Shown: positions 1-11,000 of the stretch, in pieces | Layout: every line of letters begins with the position of its first letter | Numbering within the stretch: the stretch's first letter is position 1 | Source of the DNA: Olivibacter ginsenosidimutans | Lineage (GTDB): Bacteria; Bacteroidota; Bacteroidia; Sphingobacteriales; Sphingobacteriaceae | Assembly: GCF_039542865.1 (NCBI RefSeq) | Contig: NZ_BAABIQ010000002.1 | Span: 12,989 to 76,988, forward strand | DNA length: 64,000 bases | Reading direction: 5' to 3' | Program-made: the position numbers and the translations under genes | Notes under the pieces: model-generated | Seen by the model: the letters and a program-made list of their open reading frames with translations, nothing else | What the model was told of the DNA's origin: nothing | Databases searched by the model: none

Positions 1-281
1 CGGAAATCATGAACAATAAGCCGCGTAAAATGGTCTTTTTATAACCGAAAGCATTCACCCATTTACTGCCAAGTGTACCGTTAATTAAGTAACCTAAAAA
101 GAAAAAGAAAGAAATGAGGGTTGTTAACGTGTTCTTGAGCTGACCGGCATGCTGCAAAAAGGTAAATTGTAAGGGTGCCTGTAATTGTTCGTTAACAGTG
201 GTTAAGAAGCCGACGAGAAAATAGATAAAGGTAACGATGAGGAAGGGCAGCAGAGAGACTTTTTGCGTTGTTGATGTCATA
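1..281 (-). CDS. MFS sugar permease, N-terminal part (FucP / glucose-galactose transporter-like); the rest lies upstream of the window
   Basis: Reverse translation of 1..281 gives MTSTTQKVSLLPFLIVTFIYFLVGFLTTVNEQLQAPLQFTFLQHAGQLKNTLTTLISFFFFLGYLINGTLGSKWVNAFGYKKTILRGLLFMISG. This is the TM1-TM2 pattern of fucose/glucose-galactose MFS permeases. ATG at 279..281. The ORF runs off the window start. Confidence 0.55.
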
Positions 282-307
282 TACGTTGTCAGGTTTTGCG
301 TCTGCAA

Positions 308-1744
308 TTAATGAAGGATGGCGTTCAATGCAAGGGTGATGCCTTTTTCTTTTATGTTATTTACCATGCTGGTGAATAGAGAGACAAAGTGAGCTGCTGT
401 TTTTAGCGCTACACTTTGGAAGGCCGAAAGATTCAAAAAATCGATTGGATCGTCACTGGCGATGAACTTTTTATCGGCTGCCGTTAACCAAGGCTCGGCA
501 ATTTCAAAAGAATTTCCCTTTTCATCTATTTGATATTTTAGATAGTGTCTATAAGAAGCGAACAAAAAAGCAACGCGGCTAAGGTCTTTTTGGTCGCGCA
601 CCATCTTGGCAAGGTTGGGCATGAGGTATACCGGAAATTTGGAAATACCATCAAAACATAAACGGCTCACTTGGTCGCTTACAGACTTATTGGCAAAACG
701 TTCAAGGAGGGTTTGTTTATACGCATCGAGATCGGTATGGGGAGGTGCAGGTACATAGGGGGTGATATCCATATCCATGAATTGACGGATGTACCGAACA
801 ATAGCTTCATCCTGCATGGCTTCATCTACTTTGCGATAACCTTTAAGGAAAGAAGGATAAGACAGTAACACATGGGATGCATTTAAAAGGCTTAGCTTCA
901 TGTTTTCATAGACCGTAACGTCCTTAGTAAATGCTACGCCTACACGTTCTAAGGCAGGCCTGCCTGCTACGAAGTTATCTTCGATGACCCATTGGCAAAA
1001 ATCTTCGCAATAAACGGGCGCTTTATCGTCTAATCCGCTCAACTTATTCAGTTTGTTGACATCTTGGGCCGTGGTGGCCGGTGTGATGCGGTCTACCATG
1101 CTGTTGGGGAAGGTGACGTTGGCGCTTACCCATTGGGCTAGCAGCGGATCTTGTGCCTGTATAAAGGACAGAAAAGCTTCTTTTGCTGTATTTCCATTAT
1201 GCTGTAGGTTGTCGCACGATAGGATGGTAAGACCTCCATGCTTATTGGCCCGACGTTGACGTAGCCCGGCAGCGACAAAACCGAATACGGTGCTGGGTTG
1301 ATCCGGATGGGCAAGGTCTTGTTTGATTTTTTCATCATCGAGGTTAAATCGATTACTTTCTTTAATTAAGTTATAACCACCTTCAGTAATGGTCAGCGTC
1401 ATTATTTTAATGGAGGGGTCGGCAATTTTTTCGATAACTGCCGCTGGTTCTTCGATGCCCCAAATTAACGCGCCCAGGGATCCAATGTGATAACATTCAT
1501 CTTGGCCATCTCTTCCGAAAACGGTAAGACTATACTTCAGGTCTTGCGACCGGAGATTTTCGACAATTTGCTGATCGGATGGCAATAAGCAAATGCCACA
1601 TATGCCCCAAGTTTGCTGGTCGCTATCTGCTAATAATCGATTGATGTAATACTGCTGATGCGCCCGATGGAAGTTGCCGACGCCAATATGAACAATGCCT
1701 GTTTTAATCTGGTCTGGGGGATACGTATAGGAAATAATATTCAT
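308..1744 (-). CDS. mannitol dehydrogenase family oxidoreductase (fructuronate/tagaturonate reductase-like, UxuB/UxaB type)
   Basis: 478-aa ORF with an N-terminal Rossmann motif (GIVHIGVGNFHRAHQ) and length typical of the long-chain mannitol dehydrogenase family. It sits beside a sugar MFS permease. Confidence 0.8.
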   Translation of the reverse strand: MNIISYTYPPDQIKTGIVHIGVGNFHRAHQQYYINRLLADSDQQTWGICGICLLPSDQQIVENLRSQDLKYSLTVFGRDGQDECYHIGSLGALIWGIEEPAAVIEKIADPSIKIMTLTITEGGYNLIKESNRFNLDDEKIKQDLAHPDQPSTVFGFVAAGLRQRRANKHGGLTILSCDNLQHNGNTAKEAFLSFIQAQDPLLAQWVSANVTFPNSMVDRITPATTAQDVNKLNKLSGLDDKAPVYCEDFCQWVIEDNFVAGRPALERVGVAFTKDVTVYENMKLSLLNASHVLLSYPSFLKGYRKVDEAMQDEAIVRYIRQFMDMDITPYVPAPPHTDLDAYKQTLLERFANKSVSDQVSRLCFDGISKFPVYLMPNLAKMVRDQKDLSRVAFLFASYRHYLKYQIDEKGNSFEIAEPWLTAADKKFIASDDPIDFLNLSAFQSVALKTAAHFVSLFTSMVNNIKEKGITLALNAILH

Positions 1745-2080
1745 CTTAACTGCTTATTAATTGGTTTGTTGAGTCAATTTCAACACAACGGCGAGACATC
1801 TCAATGATGATCACCTAGCGTTTACTAATCTAAAAATAATGTTTATAGGTTTAAAATGTTTTTTAAGAATTACAGATTAGCCATTTTCTTGCATAAGGGC
1901 TAAAATCAAAAAAATGAAGGCCATTAAATTTAATATGGCACTAGTAGCATGAGAGAGCCCCCACTGATGAAACGCAAAATATCCAACCACATATTCTTCT
2001 TTGATTTGCTTATCCATAGTTTGTAATTACAAAAAACTTGCCATTCACATTGTATTCTACCAAAAAACGAATACCCACAG

Positions 2081-4336
2081 CTATTGTGTGACATACTCGC
2101 TGAGATATCTTGCTGTGGCGGGAGTTTTATTTTTCAATAGCTGTGCCACGGTTCCTTCAAACACAATTTCACCTCCATATTTTCCGGCTCCGGGCCCCAT
2201 ATCAATAATCCAATCGGCCTGGGCAATGATGTCAAGGTTATGCTCAATCACAATAAGCGTATTGTTTTGATCAACCAGCTGATTCAGAAAATGTAATAAT
2301 TTTTGGATGTCGCTTGGATGTAGGCCAGTGCTGGGTTCATCCAAAATAAGGAGGTGATCGGTACCATTTAATTCTTTTGTTAATTTTAGTCGTTGTCGTT
2401 CCCCGCCGGAAAAAGTATCTAATCGTTGCCCGAGTGTTAGGTATTCTAGTCCCAATTGGATTAATAAGTTGAATGCTTTTGAAAACGAAGCTTCGGAGAA
2501 AAATGAATTGGCTTCAGTTATCGTGAGCTTCATGACATCGGCAATGGTATGCTTGTGATAAGTGTATTCCAAAACCTTCGGGTCATATCCCGAACCACCA
2601 CATACTTCACAGGGCTGTTCGATATCGTCTATGAAAGCAAGATCAATTTTTTCAACTCCCAGTCCTTTGCAGTTTTTGCAGGCTCCCTCACTGTTCCTGC
2701 TAAATAGTTTTTCCGATACTTGATTGGCTTCAGAAAAAAGTTTTCTAACGGTATCTGACAAATGAAGGTATGTTAATACATTGGACCTCGCGCTGCTTAC
2801 AAAGGCAGATTGGTCGATAATCGTAGCTTGAGGATAAAAATTCGGGAGCACCCCGTGGATCAAAGTACTTTTTCCAGAACCTGCTACCCCTGTAACCACT
2901 GTGAATACACCTTTCGGTATGCGTACAGAGACGTTTTTTAAATTATTTTTGGTAGCGTTTTTAATGGTTAAATATCCCTTAGCCAAGCGTGGATTTGTAT
3001 TGAAAGAAGGTCGTTGTGCAAAATAGTGTCCCGTTTTTCCGGATGATTGTTGGAGACCGGCAACCTTACCCTGATAGATGATGTCGCCACCATTTTTACC
3101 CGATGCAGGCCCCATATCTACCACCCAGTCGGCGATCTTGATCAGATCGGGATCATGTTCTACGATCAAGACCGTATTGCCTTTGTCTTTTATCCGATGG
3201 ATAATCGAAGCAATATGCTGTACGTCTTTCGGGTGCAAACCAATACTGGGTTCATCAAAGATATAGAGCAAATCAACTAAACTGCTTCCGAGGTATTTAA
3301 CCATTTTGATCCGTTGCGACTCTCCGCCCGAAAGCGTATCTGTTCGTCTATCCAGCGTTAGATATTGTAAACCGATATCACGAATATGCTGCAATTTTTT
3401 TGATATCTCCTGTAGAATGATAGTATAGGGTTCGGATGGCAGACCGTTGATAAAATACAACAATTCGTCAATAGCTAATGCGGTACAATCTGCGATGTTT
3501 TTTCCATCTATTTTACAAGACAACACCTTGTTGTTTAACCGTTGTCCCTTACATGCAGGACAGGTTTGGGTGGTAACCACTTGTTTAAGTACACTTTTGC
3601 GTGTTTTGTACGTTTTGGCATCTTTTCGTAAAAATGCTTTTTCAATCCGTGGAATCACGCCTTGATATTTTACCGTTTTACCCCAATTTTTATCAGGGTG
3701 TGGGGGTTTATGCTCAGCAGCATAGAGCAAGGTATTCCACTCGTCTTCGGTGTAATCTTTCAGCTTCTTATCGTTATCAAAATATCCGGCATATACATAA
3801 CGTGTCCAACGCCAGCCACCGGGCTGAAAGGTTGGAAACAAAATAGCACCTTCATTCAGTGACTTTTCTTGATCAATAAGCGCGGGGATATTGATGGTCT
3901 GGACAAAACCTAATCCTTCACATTGAGGACACATTCCCTGAGGATTATTAAAGGAAAAGACATTGGAATATCCTACAAAAGGCTTGCCCATTCTGGAAAA
4001 TAACAACCGCAAAGGGGCGTATACATCGGTTGCCGTACCAACAGTAGAGCGCGCATTACCGCCTAACCTTTTTTGGTTGATGATAACTGGAACATTGAGG
4101 TTTTCGATTTGATCTACATCTGCAACGCCGTAGTGCTGCAAGCGATTTCGGATAAAACTGTGCTGCGTTTCGTTTATCTGCCGTTGTGCTTCCGCACCGA
4201 TTGTTTCAAACACCAAAGACGATTTGCCTGAACCAGATACTCCCGTAAAAACGGTAATACTTTTCTTAGGGATTTCTAACGAAATATTTTTAAGGTTGTT
4301 CTGCCGTGCATGAATGATTTTAATGAAAGAAGACAT
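2081..4336 (-). CDS. UvrA-like tandem ABC ATPase, short form (class II UvrA paralog)
   Basis: 751 aa. Two Walker A sites (GVSGSGKSSL and GVAGSGKSTL), two LSGGE signatures, and UvrA-type zinc modules (CPQCEGLG, CPACKGQ, CKNCKGLG, CEVCGGSG). It is about 190 aa shorter than canonical UvrA, consistent with loss of the UvrB-binding region. Confidence 0.85.
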   Translation of the reverse strand: MSSFIKIIHARQNNLKNISLEIPKKSITVFTGVSGSGKSSLVFETIGAEAQRQINETQHSFIRNRLQHYGVADVDQIENLNVPVIINQKRLGGNARSTVGTATDVYAPLRLLFSRMGKPFVGYSNVFSFNNPQGMCPQCEGLGFVQTINIPALIDQEKSLNEGAILFPTFQPGGWRWTRYVYAGYFDNDKKLKDYTEDEWNTLLYAAEHKPPHPDKNWGKTVKYQGVIPRIEKAFLRKDAKTYKTRKSVLKQVVTTQTCPACKGQRLNNKVLSCKIDGKNIADCTALAIDELLYFINGLPSEPYTIILQEISKKLQHIRDIGLQYLTLDRRTDTLSGGESQRIKMVKYLGSSLVDLLYIFDEPSIGLHPKDVQHIASIIHRIKDKGNTVLIVEHDPDLIKIADWVVDMGPASGKNGGDIIYQGKVAGLQQSSGKTGHYFAQRPSFNTNPRLAKGYLTIKNATKNNLKNVSVRIPKGVFTVVTGVAGSGKSTLIHGVLPNFYPQATIIDQSAFVSSARSNVLTYLHLSDTVRKLFSEANQVSEKLFSRNSEGACKNCKGLGVEKIDLAFIDDIEQPCEVCGGSGYDPKVLEYTYHKHTIADVMKLTITEANSFFSEASFSKAFNLLIQLGLEYLTLGQRLDTFSGGERQRLKLTKELNGTDHLLILDEPSTGLHPSDIQKLLHFLNQLVDQNNTLIVIEHNLDIIAQADWIIDMGPGAGKYGGEIVFEGTVAQLLKNKTPATARYLSEYVTQ

Positions 4337-4343
4337 ATTTTTA

Positions 4344-4372
4344 TTAACTTTGTTAATAGTTAACTAAGTTAA
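4344..4372. promoter_or_regulatory. two inverted repeats (TTAAC-TTT-GTTAA and TTAACT-A-AGTTAA) in the 49-bp divergent intergenic region; candidate MarR operator(s)
   Basis: Perfect 5-3-5 palindrome at 4344..4356 and perfect 6-1-6 palindrome at 4360..4372. They lie between the divergent uvrA-like and marR-like start codons. Confidence 0.4.
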
Positions 4373-4385
4373 TCATTTTTTATTT

Positions 4386-4811
4386 ATGACAAAAGCACAG
4401 GAGCGATTTTTTGAAGTTTTTACTGATTTTCAATGTTACATATTAGCTAATATGAACAAAGGTGACTTCAATGGCATCACGGCAACGCATTATAATCTAG
4501 TGGAGTATATATACCGAAAGGGTAAGACAACAGGAAAGAAGCTGGCAGCCGATTTTGGTATCAGCGCTCCGGCCATATCCAAACAGGTAAAGTTTTTATT
4601 GGAAAATGATTTGCTGTATCAGGAACAAAGTGACGAAGACCGACGGATTTTCTATCTAAAAGCAACCGATAAAGGAAAGCTTTTAATCAATACTTCGGAA
4701 AGTTTTCGCGGACAAGTTACTAAACAGGCGAGTACGGTGCTTTCTAAAAAGGAATTGGAAGATTTAACCCTTTTATTGGGCAAAGTGCTTGCTCAGATGA
4801 AATCGTTATAA
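4386..4811 (+). CDS. MarR family transcriptional regulator
   Basis: 141 aa. Winged-helix region typical of MarR (GITATHYNLVEYIYRKGKTTGKKLAADFGISAPAISKQVKFLLENDLLYQEQSDEDRRIFYLKATDKGK). Divergent from the UvrA-like gene. Confidence 0.8.
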   Translation: MTKAQERFFEVFTDFQCYILANMNKGDFNGITATHYNLVEYIYRKGKTTGKKLAADFGISAPAISKQVKFLLENDLLYQEQSDEDRRIFYLKATDKGKLLINTSESFRGQVTKQASTVLSKKELEDLTLLLGKVLAQMKSL

Positions 4812-5522
4812 CCCTTTTTTTCCTTGTAGCCAATATCCATGCGAAACGATTTTACCTTTACTTTTACCTTTTAGAACTTTACGGAACGTCCGTACCGATT
4901 GGGCATTTCCAGTTAGAATAAAGTTTGCCTGCTGCCATTCGGGCGATTGGACAAGGGGCAATGCGCTGATCCAGTTCTCGTTGCTAAATGAGCCATTTTT
5001 TGAAAATACAGCGTAATTTTTCAATTGTAAAAGATTCGGAATATGGTGGTTCTCTTCGTCCAGTTCTAAATAGAATTGGAAGGAATGCTGGTGCTGCGTC
5101 AGTACGGGTAAGAAGGAACAGACAAGCGCTAAAGAGGTTTCATCACCGAAAATAACGTACTTCTCTACTGATGAATCGTAATAGTTATAGGCTCTCGGCG
5201 GGTTAATATGAACATCATCTCCTACACCCAAACTGTCCATAAAACAGCTTCCGGGAGCATTTCCATGTAGGTGGACAATTAATTCCAACAGGCCGTTGGT
5301 AGTATCAACATAAGAAATGGTATATCTTCGTGCGTCTGTATCACTCACACGAAAATCGATGAAGCTTCCCATGCCAACATGTACATCTTTAAAATTCCCG
5401 CTGAATTGAATCCGTTTGATGGTTTCGGATAGATAATCGACCTTGGTAGTAATCATCGATAACGACTTGGCGGATAAGAGACGATCGAAAACATCAAATA
5501 CCCATTTTGGAGCGCTTGGCAT
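4806..5522 (-). CDS. siderophore-interacting protein (FAD-binding_9 / SIP ferric-reductase family)
   Basis: 238 aa with an N-terminal FAD-binding beta-barrel and a C-terminal NAD-binding-like region of the ViuB/SIP type. ATG at 5520..5522. Its stop overlaps the MarR stop convergently. Confidence 0.7.
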   Translation of the reverse strand: MPSAPKWVFDVFDRLLSAKSLSMITTKVDYLSETIKRIQFSGNFKDVHVGMGSFIDFRVSDTDARRYTISYVDTTNGLLELIVHLHGNAPGSCFMDSLGVGDDVHINPPRAYNYYDSSVEKYVIFGDETSLALVCSFLPVLTQHQHSFQFYLELDEENHHIPNLLQLKNYAVFSKNGSFSNENWISALPLVQSPEWQQANFILTGNAQSVRTFRKVLKGKSKGKIVSHGYWLQGKKGL

Positions 5523-5811
5523 AATCTTTAATTTTTTTCAAAGAAACCAAGAGTAAGCCCTCCAAAAAAGACTGATATAGGGTAAGTATTGGATTAATCG
5601 CGGTTTTTCTGTCGGAAAGATAAAGCGGTCATCCCAACAATTTTGGTAAATAGCCTGGAAAAGTAAGGATAATCGTCGTATCCCAATTGGAAAAAGATAC
5701 CATCTCGCACCTAAATTTATAACATTTCATTTCAATTCTAAGTCTCCAGAAAAAATCTACGAACTTATTCCGCATAAAAATGTTAGCCTAGTAGGTTTAA
5801 AAAAATATAGC

Positions 5812-6042
5812 ATGATAATGAAAAATCAATGTTTAACGAGTAAAATTGGAAGTGCCGCTGTGGGACAGGCCGCAGGTGGTCGGGTAGCGCTCGGAGCGAT
5901 GGTCATAGGAGCCTTGGCTGTTGGAGCAATGGCGATTGGTGCACTCGCAATCGGTGTACTTCGCATAGGGAAAGGAAAAATTGGTAGCTTGCATATTCAT
6001 GAGCTGAAAATCGACAAACTCATTGTAAAAGATCAAAAATAG
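5812..6042 (+). CDS. small glycine-zipper membrane peptide (hypothetical)
   Basis: 76 aa with a repeated GxxxG/AxxxG motif (GALAVGAMAIGALAIGVLRIG) forming one or two predicted TM helices. No other support. Confidence 0.3.
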   Translation: MIMKNQCLTSKIGSAAVGQAAGGRVALGAMVIGALAVGAMAIGALAIGVLRIGKGKIGSLHIHELKIDKLIVKDQK

Positions 6043-6238
6043 CACGACTAATTAATAACGGTGTTTATCCGCCGGAAGGATTACCCTATGAGCGACAGCT
6101 ACACACACTTTTCAAATCGATCATGAAAGGATATGGAGAAAAATAAAAGATGGACGAACTTGTAAAACCCCTTATCAAAGACGTGAATATAGATTTAACA
6201 CCTATTTAATACTGGTTATTTACTTTTGTGTCATTCGT

Positions 6239-6844
6239 ATGGCGCAACAAATAACAGACGAAATCATTGCTCAATTGAGAACCGGCAGCAAGCAGGCTTT
6301 TACACTAGTGTTTAAACAGTATTGGAAAAAACTATATGCCATTGCTTATCGACGTGTAGAAGACGAAGCCGCCGCCGAAGATATTGTACAGGAAATTTTT
6401 ATTGCTTTGTGGGATAAGCATAGTCAATTTACGATCAATAGCGCCAATATTGAATTTTATTTACTTAAAGCCGTAAAGAGCAGGGTGATCAATTACTATG
6501 TTTCGCAGAAAGTAAAAAGGGATATGTTGGCAATGGCTTTAATGCGAATGGAACAGTTTAGTGATCTTGAACAAGTAGGAGCAGGAGCACGTTATCAAGA
6601 GCTAGAAGCTTTAATCGATAAAGAGATTGATACTTTACCACCTACGATGAAGGCAATATTTTTAATGAAAAGTAATAATCACTCAATTGCCAGTATTTCC
6701 AGTACGTTAAACCTAGCCGAACAAACGGTAAAAAACAACCTCACCAAAGCTTCTCATCGCCTCCGGAAGTCACTTTTACAAAAATTTTCAGATGAGAAGC
6801 TGGCCACCATTATTGTCACTGCGTTTTTCTTCACAAAAAGTTAA
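6239..6844 (+). CDS. RNA polymerase ECF-type sigma-70 factor
   Basis: 201 aa with sigma region 2 (YWKKLYAIAYRRVEDEAAAEDIVQEIFIALW) and a C-terminal region-4 HTH. Followed by a FecR gene. A TAnnTTTG-like motif (tacttttg, 6221..6228) lies just upstream. Confidence 0.9.
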   Translation: MAQQITDEIIAQLRTGSKQAFTLVFKQYWKKLYAIAYRRVEDEAAAEDIVQEIFIALWDKHSQFTINSANIEFYLLKAVKSRVINYYVSQKVKRDMLAMALMRMEQFSDLEQVGAGARYQELEALIDKEIDTLPPTMKAIFLMKSNNHSIASISSTLNLAEQTVKNNLTKASHRLRKSLLQKFSDEKLATIIVTAFFFTKS

Positions 6845-6917
6845 CAAAAAAAACATCTGTATTGGAGGTACTTCTGGCCGGTCCGCTTGTATACCAGTAA
6901 AAGTAACATAAGTACAA

Positions 6918-7898
6918 GTGGATAAAGATCAATTTTTACTATTATTAAAAAAATACCAAGAAGATAATTTGAACGAAGAGGAGTGTGAGGTCCTGGAAAA
7001 TTGGTATAATTCTTATGGTTACAGCGAGGACATCAAACCACTGGAAAACCAATATAAAACAAAGTCCATTGAAAACCGCTTGTCTAAAAATATCTCCGGG
7101 CACATACAGCGGAAAAATACAGGCAGAATAAGGCAGGCAAGAAAATGGACAGTTGCAGCAAGCTTGCTATTGGGTTCAATTTTAGCCACTTATTGGTTTT
7201 TCCGTAGCAATATGGAAAGAACTGGTTTTGCTTCTGCAGGAGATAAAAAACCATTATACGACACAGTTTTGACGGCAATCGGAAAAATGAAAAAAATCAT
7301 TCTTCCGGATAGTTCGGAGGTTTGGCTTAATGCCAATAGCCAGATCCATTATGCCCCAACAAATTTCAGAGAAAAAAGAGACGTTTTTTTGGATAAAGGA
7401 GAAGCCTTTTTTGCTGTCGAAGAAAATCCGAAAAGTCCGTTTCAAGTTCATACCATCGATTTGAACACCCAGGTTTTAGGAACGAAGTTTAATGTGAAAG
7501 CTTATCCTGAATTGGATTACGCTACCGTCCACGTGAAAACAGGAAAGGTAAAAGTGACCACTAAACAAGGGGTTTTAATGGATACCATATCTGCAGGTAA
7601 CGGTCTGCGTTATGATCGCCTTAAAAATACCTGGCTCTCTGATAATCGTTTTGCACTACAAGCCGGGGAATGGATAGATGGCCGGATTACGCTTAATGAA
7701 GCGACTTTTGATGAGCTCGCTGCGGTGCTATATAACCGATTTCAGATTCGGTTAATCCGTGCTATGACCTTATCAAAGAATTACCGATATACCATTACTA
7801 TTTTACAGAATAAACCGTTGGAGGAAACGTTGCGGCTCATTTGTGCCGTACATCGCACTAACTACAAACAACATGGAAAAACAGTAACGATTTTTTAA
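6918..7898 (+). CDS. FecR family anti-sigma factor
   Basis: 326 aa with an N-terminal cytoplasmic segment, a single TM (WTVAASLLLGSILATYWFF), and a periplasmic FecR domain. GTG start. Confidence 0.9.
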   Translation: MDKDQFLLLLKKYQEDNLNEEECEVLENWYNSYGYSEDIKPLENQYKTKSIENRLSKNISGHIQRKNTGRIRQARKWTVAASLLLGSILATYWFFRSNMERTGFASAGDKKPLYDTVLTAIGKMKKIILPDSSEVWLNANSQIHYAPTNFREKRDVFLDKGEAFFAVEENPKSPFQVHTIDLNTQVLGTKFNVKAYPELDYATVHVKTGKVKVTTKQGVLMDTISAGNGLRYDRLKNTWLSDNRFALQAGEWIDGRITLNEATFDELAAVLYNRFQIRLIRAMTLSKNYRYTITILQNKPLEETLRLICAVHRTNYKQHGKTVTIF

Positions 7899-8016
7899 AA
7901 AAAACGGCAAGCTGCCCAGGGCTGCCTGCCGGTATCTCCATATAGCCCGTAGTCGCCAAATCACCGAGGCTATATGAATGAACCCGAATAGTTAACAATA
8001 ACGAGTATACAAATAT

Positions 8017-11000
8017 ATGAATTATGATCATAAGCTAAACCAGCTCATTATGAGAACTTTTTTGTTCGTCAGTTTCTTTTTTACCTGCGTCCAGATGCTA
8101 TTAGCCAGCCATTTGAGTGCCCAGGGAATACAAGAAAAAATTAATATTGATTTTAAAAATGAAAATTTAGCCGAGGCCATGGCTAAGTTCGGTAAGCTTA
8201 TTCCGGTACAAATGGCTTACGATGGCACGCTACTACAGCTCTCGAATCATCGCATAAAGGCAAAACATTTTGAAGAAACCGAAGCACAGGAAATATTAAC
8301 TTACCTCTTGTCTAATACTGGGATTACTTATCAAGAAAGTGATGGTAATATTGTGCTGATTAAACGCAATCAGTTGCAACAGTTGAGCAGCATTACTGGT
8401 CAAGTAAAAGATCAGTCTGGCGCACCGCTCCCAGGAGCTAATGTGACGCTCATTGAACTGCAAAAAACCGTGAGTACAGATGAGGAAGGTAATTTTCGAC
8501 TGAGCGTGCCACCAGGGACATATACCCTCGAAGTGAGTTATGTTTCCTATGAATCGCAACGACGAGAATCCATACAAATAACTGAAAATCAGAAATTAAC
8601 AATCAATTTTGATCTTAAAGAGGCAAAGGGCGTGCTTAGCGAGGTGGTGGTCATTGGTTATGGAGAGATGAAGAAAAGTGATTTATCGGCGGCTGTATCC
8701 ACCGTTCCAGATCTAGAGCAAGCCACTAAAAGACCCTTGGTAGATGTTCCCAGCATGATCCAGGGAAAAGTGCCTGGTGTAACGGTGGTTAGTAATGGAG
8801 GGCATCCCAATAGCACTCCTAAAATTACGATTCGAGGTACCGGATCCATTCAGAACGAAGATCCTTTAGTCGTTGTAGATGGTGTACCCAATGCGCCCTA
8901 TAACCCAGCAGATGTAGAATCGATCACGGTACTAAAAGATGCTGCTTCTGCTGCAATTTATGGTGCATTTGCCGGAGCATCGGGAGTTATACTCATCACC
9001 ACGAAACAGGCCAAAATCGGTGCACCGAGTATTCAGTATGATGCCTTTGCAGGCGCAAAAAGCGCTTGGCGATTACCACAATCGCTTACCGGCGAGCAGG
9101 AAGCCCAAGTGTACAACCAAGCTTATGCAACGGCAGGTCTAAATCTGCCTGATGGTTGGGATGCAACAAAAAATCCGGATGCGCAGATAACACGCACCGA
9201 TTGGATTAATGAGATTTTTCGTACTGGTTTAACTCACCGTCATACCCTAACAGTGAATGCGGGAACGGATAAATTTGCGACTCTCTTGCAAGGACGATAT
9301 GAAAAAAATGAAGGAACCTTATTAAATACCTTCAATGAAAACCTTTCTTTACGCTTTAATGCCCGTTACGATTTTACCGATCATCTGAAATTAAAGCAAG
9401 AGGTTTTTTATAATAACAATAGCAGCCGAGGTACCGAAACAGCCAGTGGGTACAGCGGTGCTATTATTTCGGCTATTTATATGCCACGATCAGCAAGCGT
9501 GTATTATCCTGACGGTAGCTTTGGGGGTGTAGGGCCAAAGGATTCGGAGTACCTTGGTATTTTTGGGGATGCCATTAATCCAGTAGCAACCTTATTACGA
9601 AATGATTCCTATAATAAAACAAATGATATTCAATCTATATCCGAATTATCATATTCCGATATTATCCCGGGATTGGATGTATTGTCTCGATTCTCGTACT
9701 ATCAATCAAATCTGTTTTACAAGAATTTCGATCCTCGTCGTACGGAACCGGGTAAACCCAACGATCAGAATATCCTGAGTTACGATGCCGATAAAAATTA
9801 CCATTGGATCTGGGAAAATACGCTGAACTATACCCGCTCTTTCGGAAAACACAATATAGGCGCCATGTTATCCACTACTGCTCAGACAGCTGTATTAAGG
9901 GGATTTGGTATTGCAGCCCGTGATTTTGAACGGGAAGATTATTGGGCACAATTTTTTATCAATGCCTCCGATTTTGATACCGATAGGCCTACGGATAGCC
10001 AAAGTGAAGACCGTAACGTGTCTTATGTCGGTCGTTTATCGTATAGCTGGGCCGATCGTTATTTTGTCACGGCAAGTTATCGAAAAGATATTGCCGGACG
10101 TTTGCCAAAAGGTTACCAAGGGAAGGGGCTCCCAGGTTTAACAGCGGCTTGGAAACTAAGTTCAGAACCATTTTTTAAGGTGTCTGGTATCGATTTATTG
10201 AAATTCCGGGCAAGCTGGGGACGCATCGGAAACTTGTCGACCATACCGATTAATTATGGTTACCAAACCTTGAGCAGTAACACCACGTACCAAATTGGGG
10301 ATGGAGCGCCTATTACCACCGCTTGGTATATTGCTAACCAGTTTAATCCTGCTCTTTCTTGGGAAACTTCCGAACAAATTGACATAGGAATGGACCTGAG
10401 TATACTACAGGAGCGTCTAACCATGACCGCCGACTATTTTAAAAAGAAAACGTATGATCTGATTCAAGATAAAACAACCGATTGGCCAAATACTTTCGGC
10501 TTAGGATCACCTAAAATTAACGAAGGAGAAATTCGCAATGAAGGTTTAGAATTAGCCTTAAACTGGAAAGACAAGATAGGCGAAGTATCGTACAATATTG
10601 GCGGCAATGTGGCCACCTTGAAAAACCGAGTCAGTTATATCTCTGAAGATCCGGATGCATTTTGGACCCACGGAGATGCATGGAGAGGTATTTTAACACC
10701 ATTCCGTTCAAAGGTTGGAGAACCATACTATTCTTATTGGTTGGTACAGACGAATGGATTATTCCAAAGCGATGCGGAAGCTCAATCCTATGTAGGTCCT
10801 GAAGGTACTCCCATACAACCAGATGCAAAAGCCGGCGATTTGAAGTTTGTTGACCAGAATAATGATGGACAGATTAATGATCTCGACCGCGTTTATATGG
10901 GCAATGCTTTTCCTAAATTTACCTATGGTTTTACAGCAAACCTGAACTGGAAAAACTTCGACCTTAGCTTATTTTTACAGGGTGTCGGTGGCGCGAAACT

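Noticed and set aside
671-1338. Plus- and minus-strand ORFs (65-68 aa) inside the mannitol dehydrogenase gene
   Set aside because: They lie entirely within a well-supported 478-aa CDS, have no motifs and show antisense codon bias. Shadow ORFs.
3047-3862. Five plus-strand ORFs of 60-81 aa antisense to the UvrA-like gene
   Set aside because: Shadow ORFs within a high-confidence CDS.
5833-6045. 70-aa minus-strand ORF overlapping the glycine-zipper peptide ORF
   Set aside because: Antisense of a GC-rich Gly/Ala-coding stretch. Cys/His/Ser-rich with no signal. Shadow ORF.
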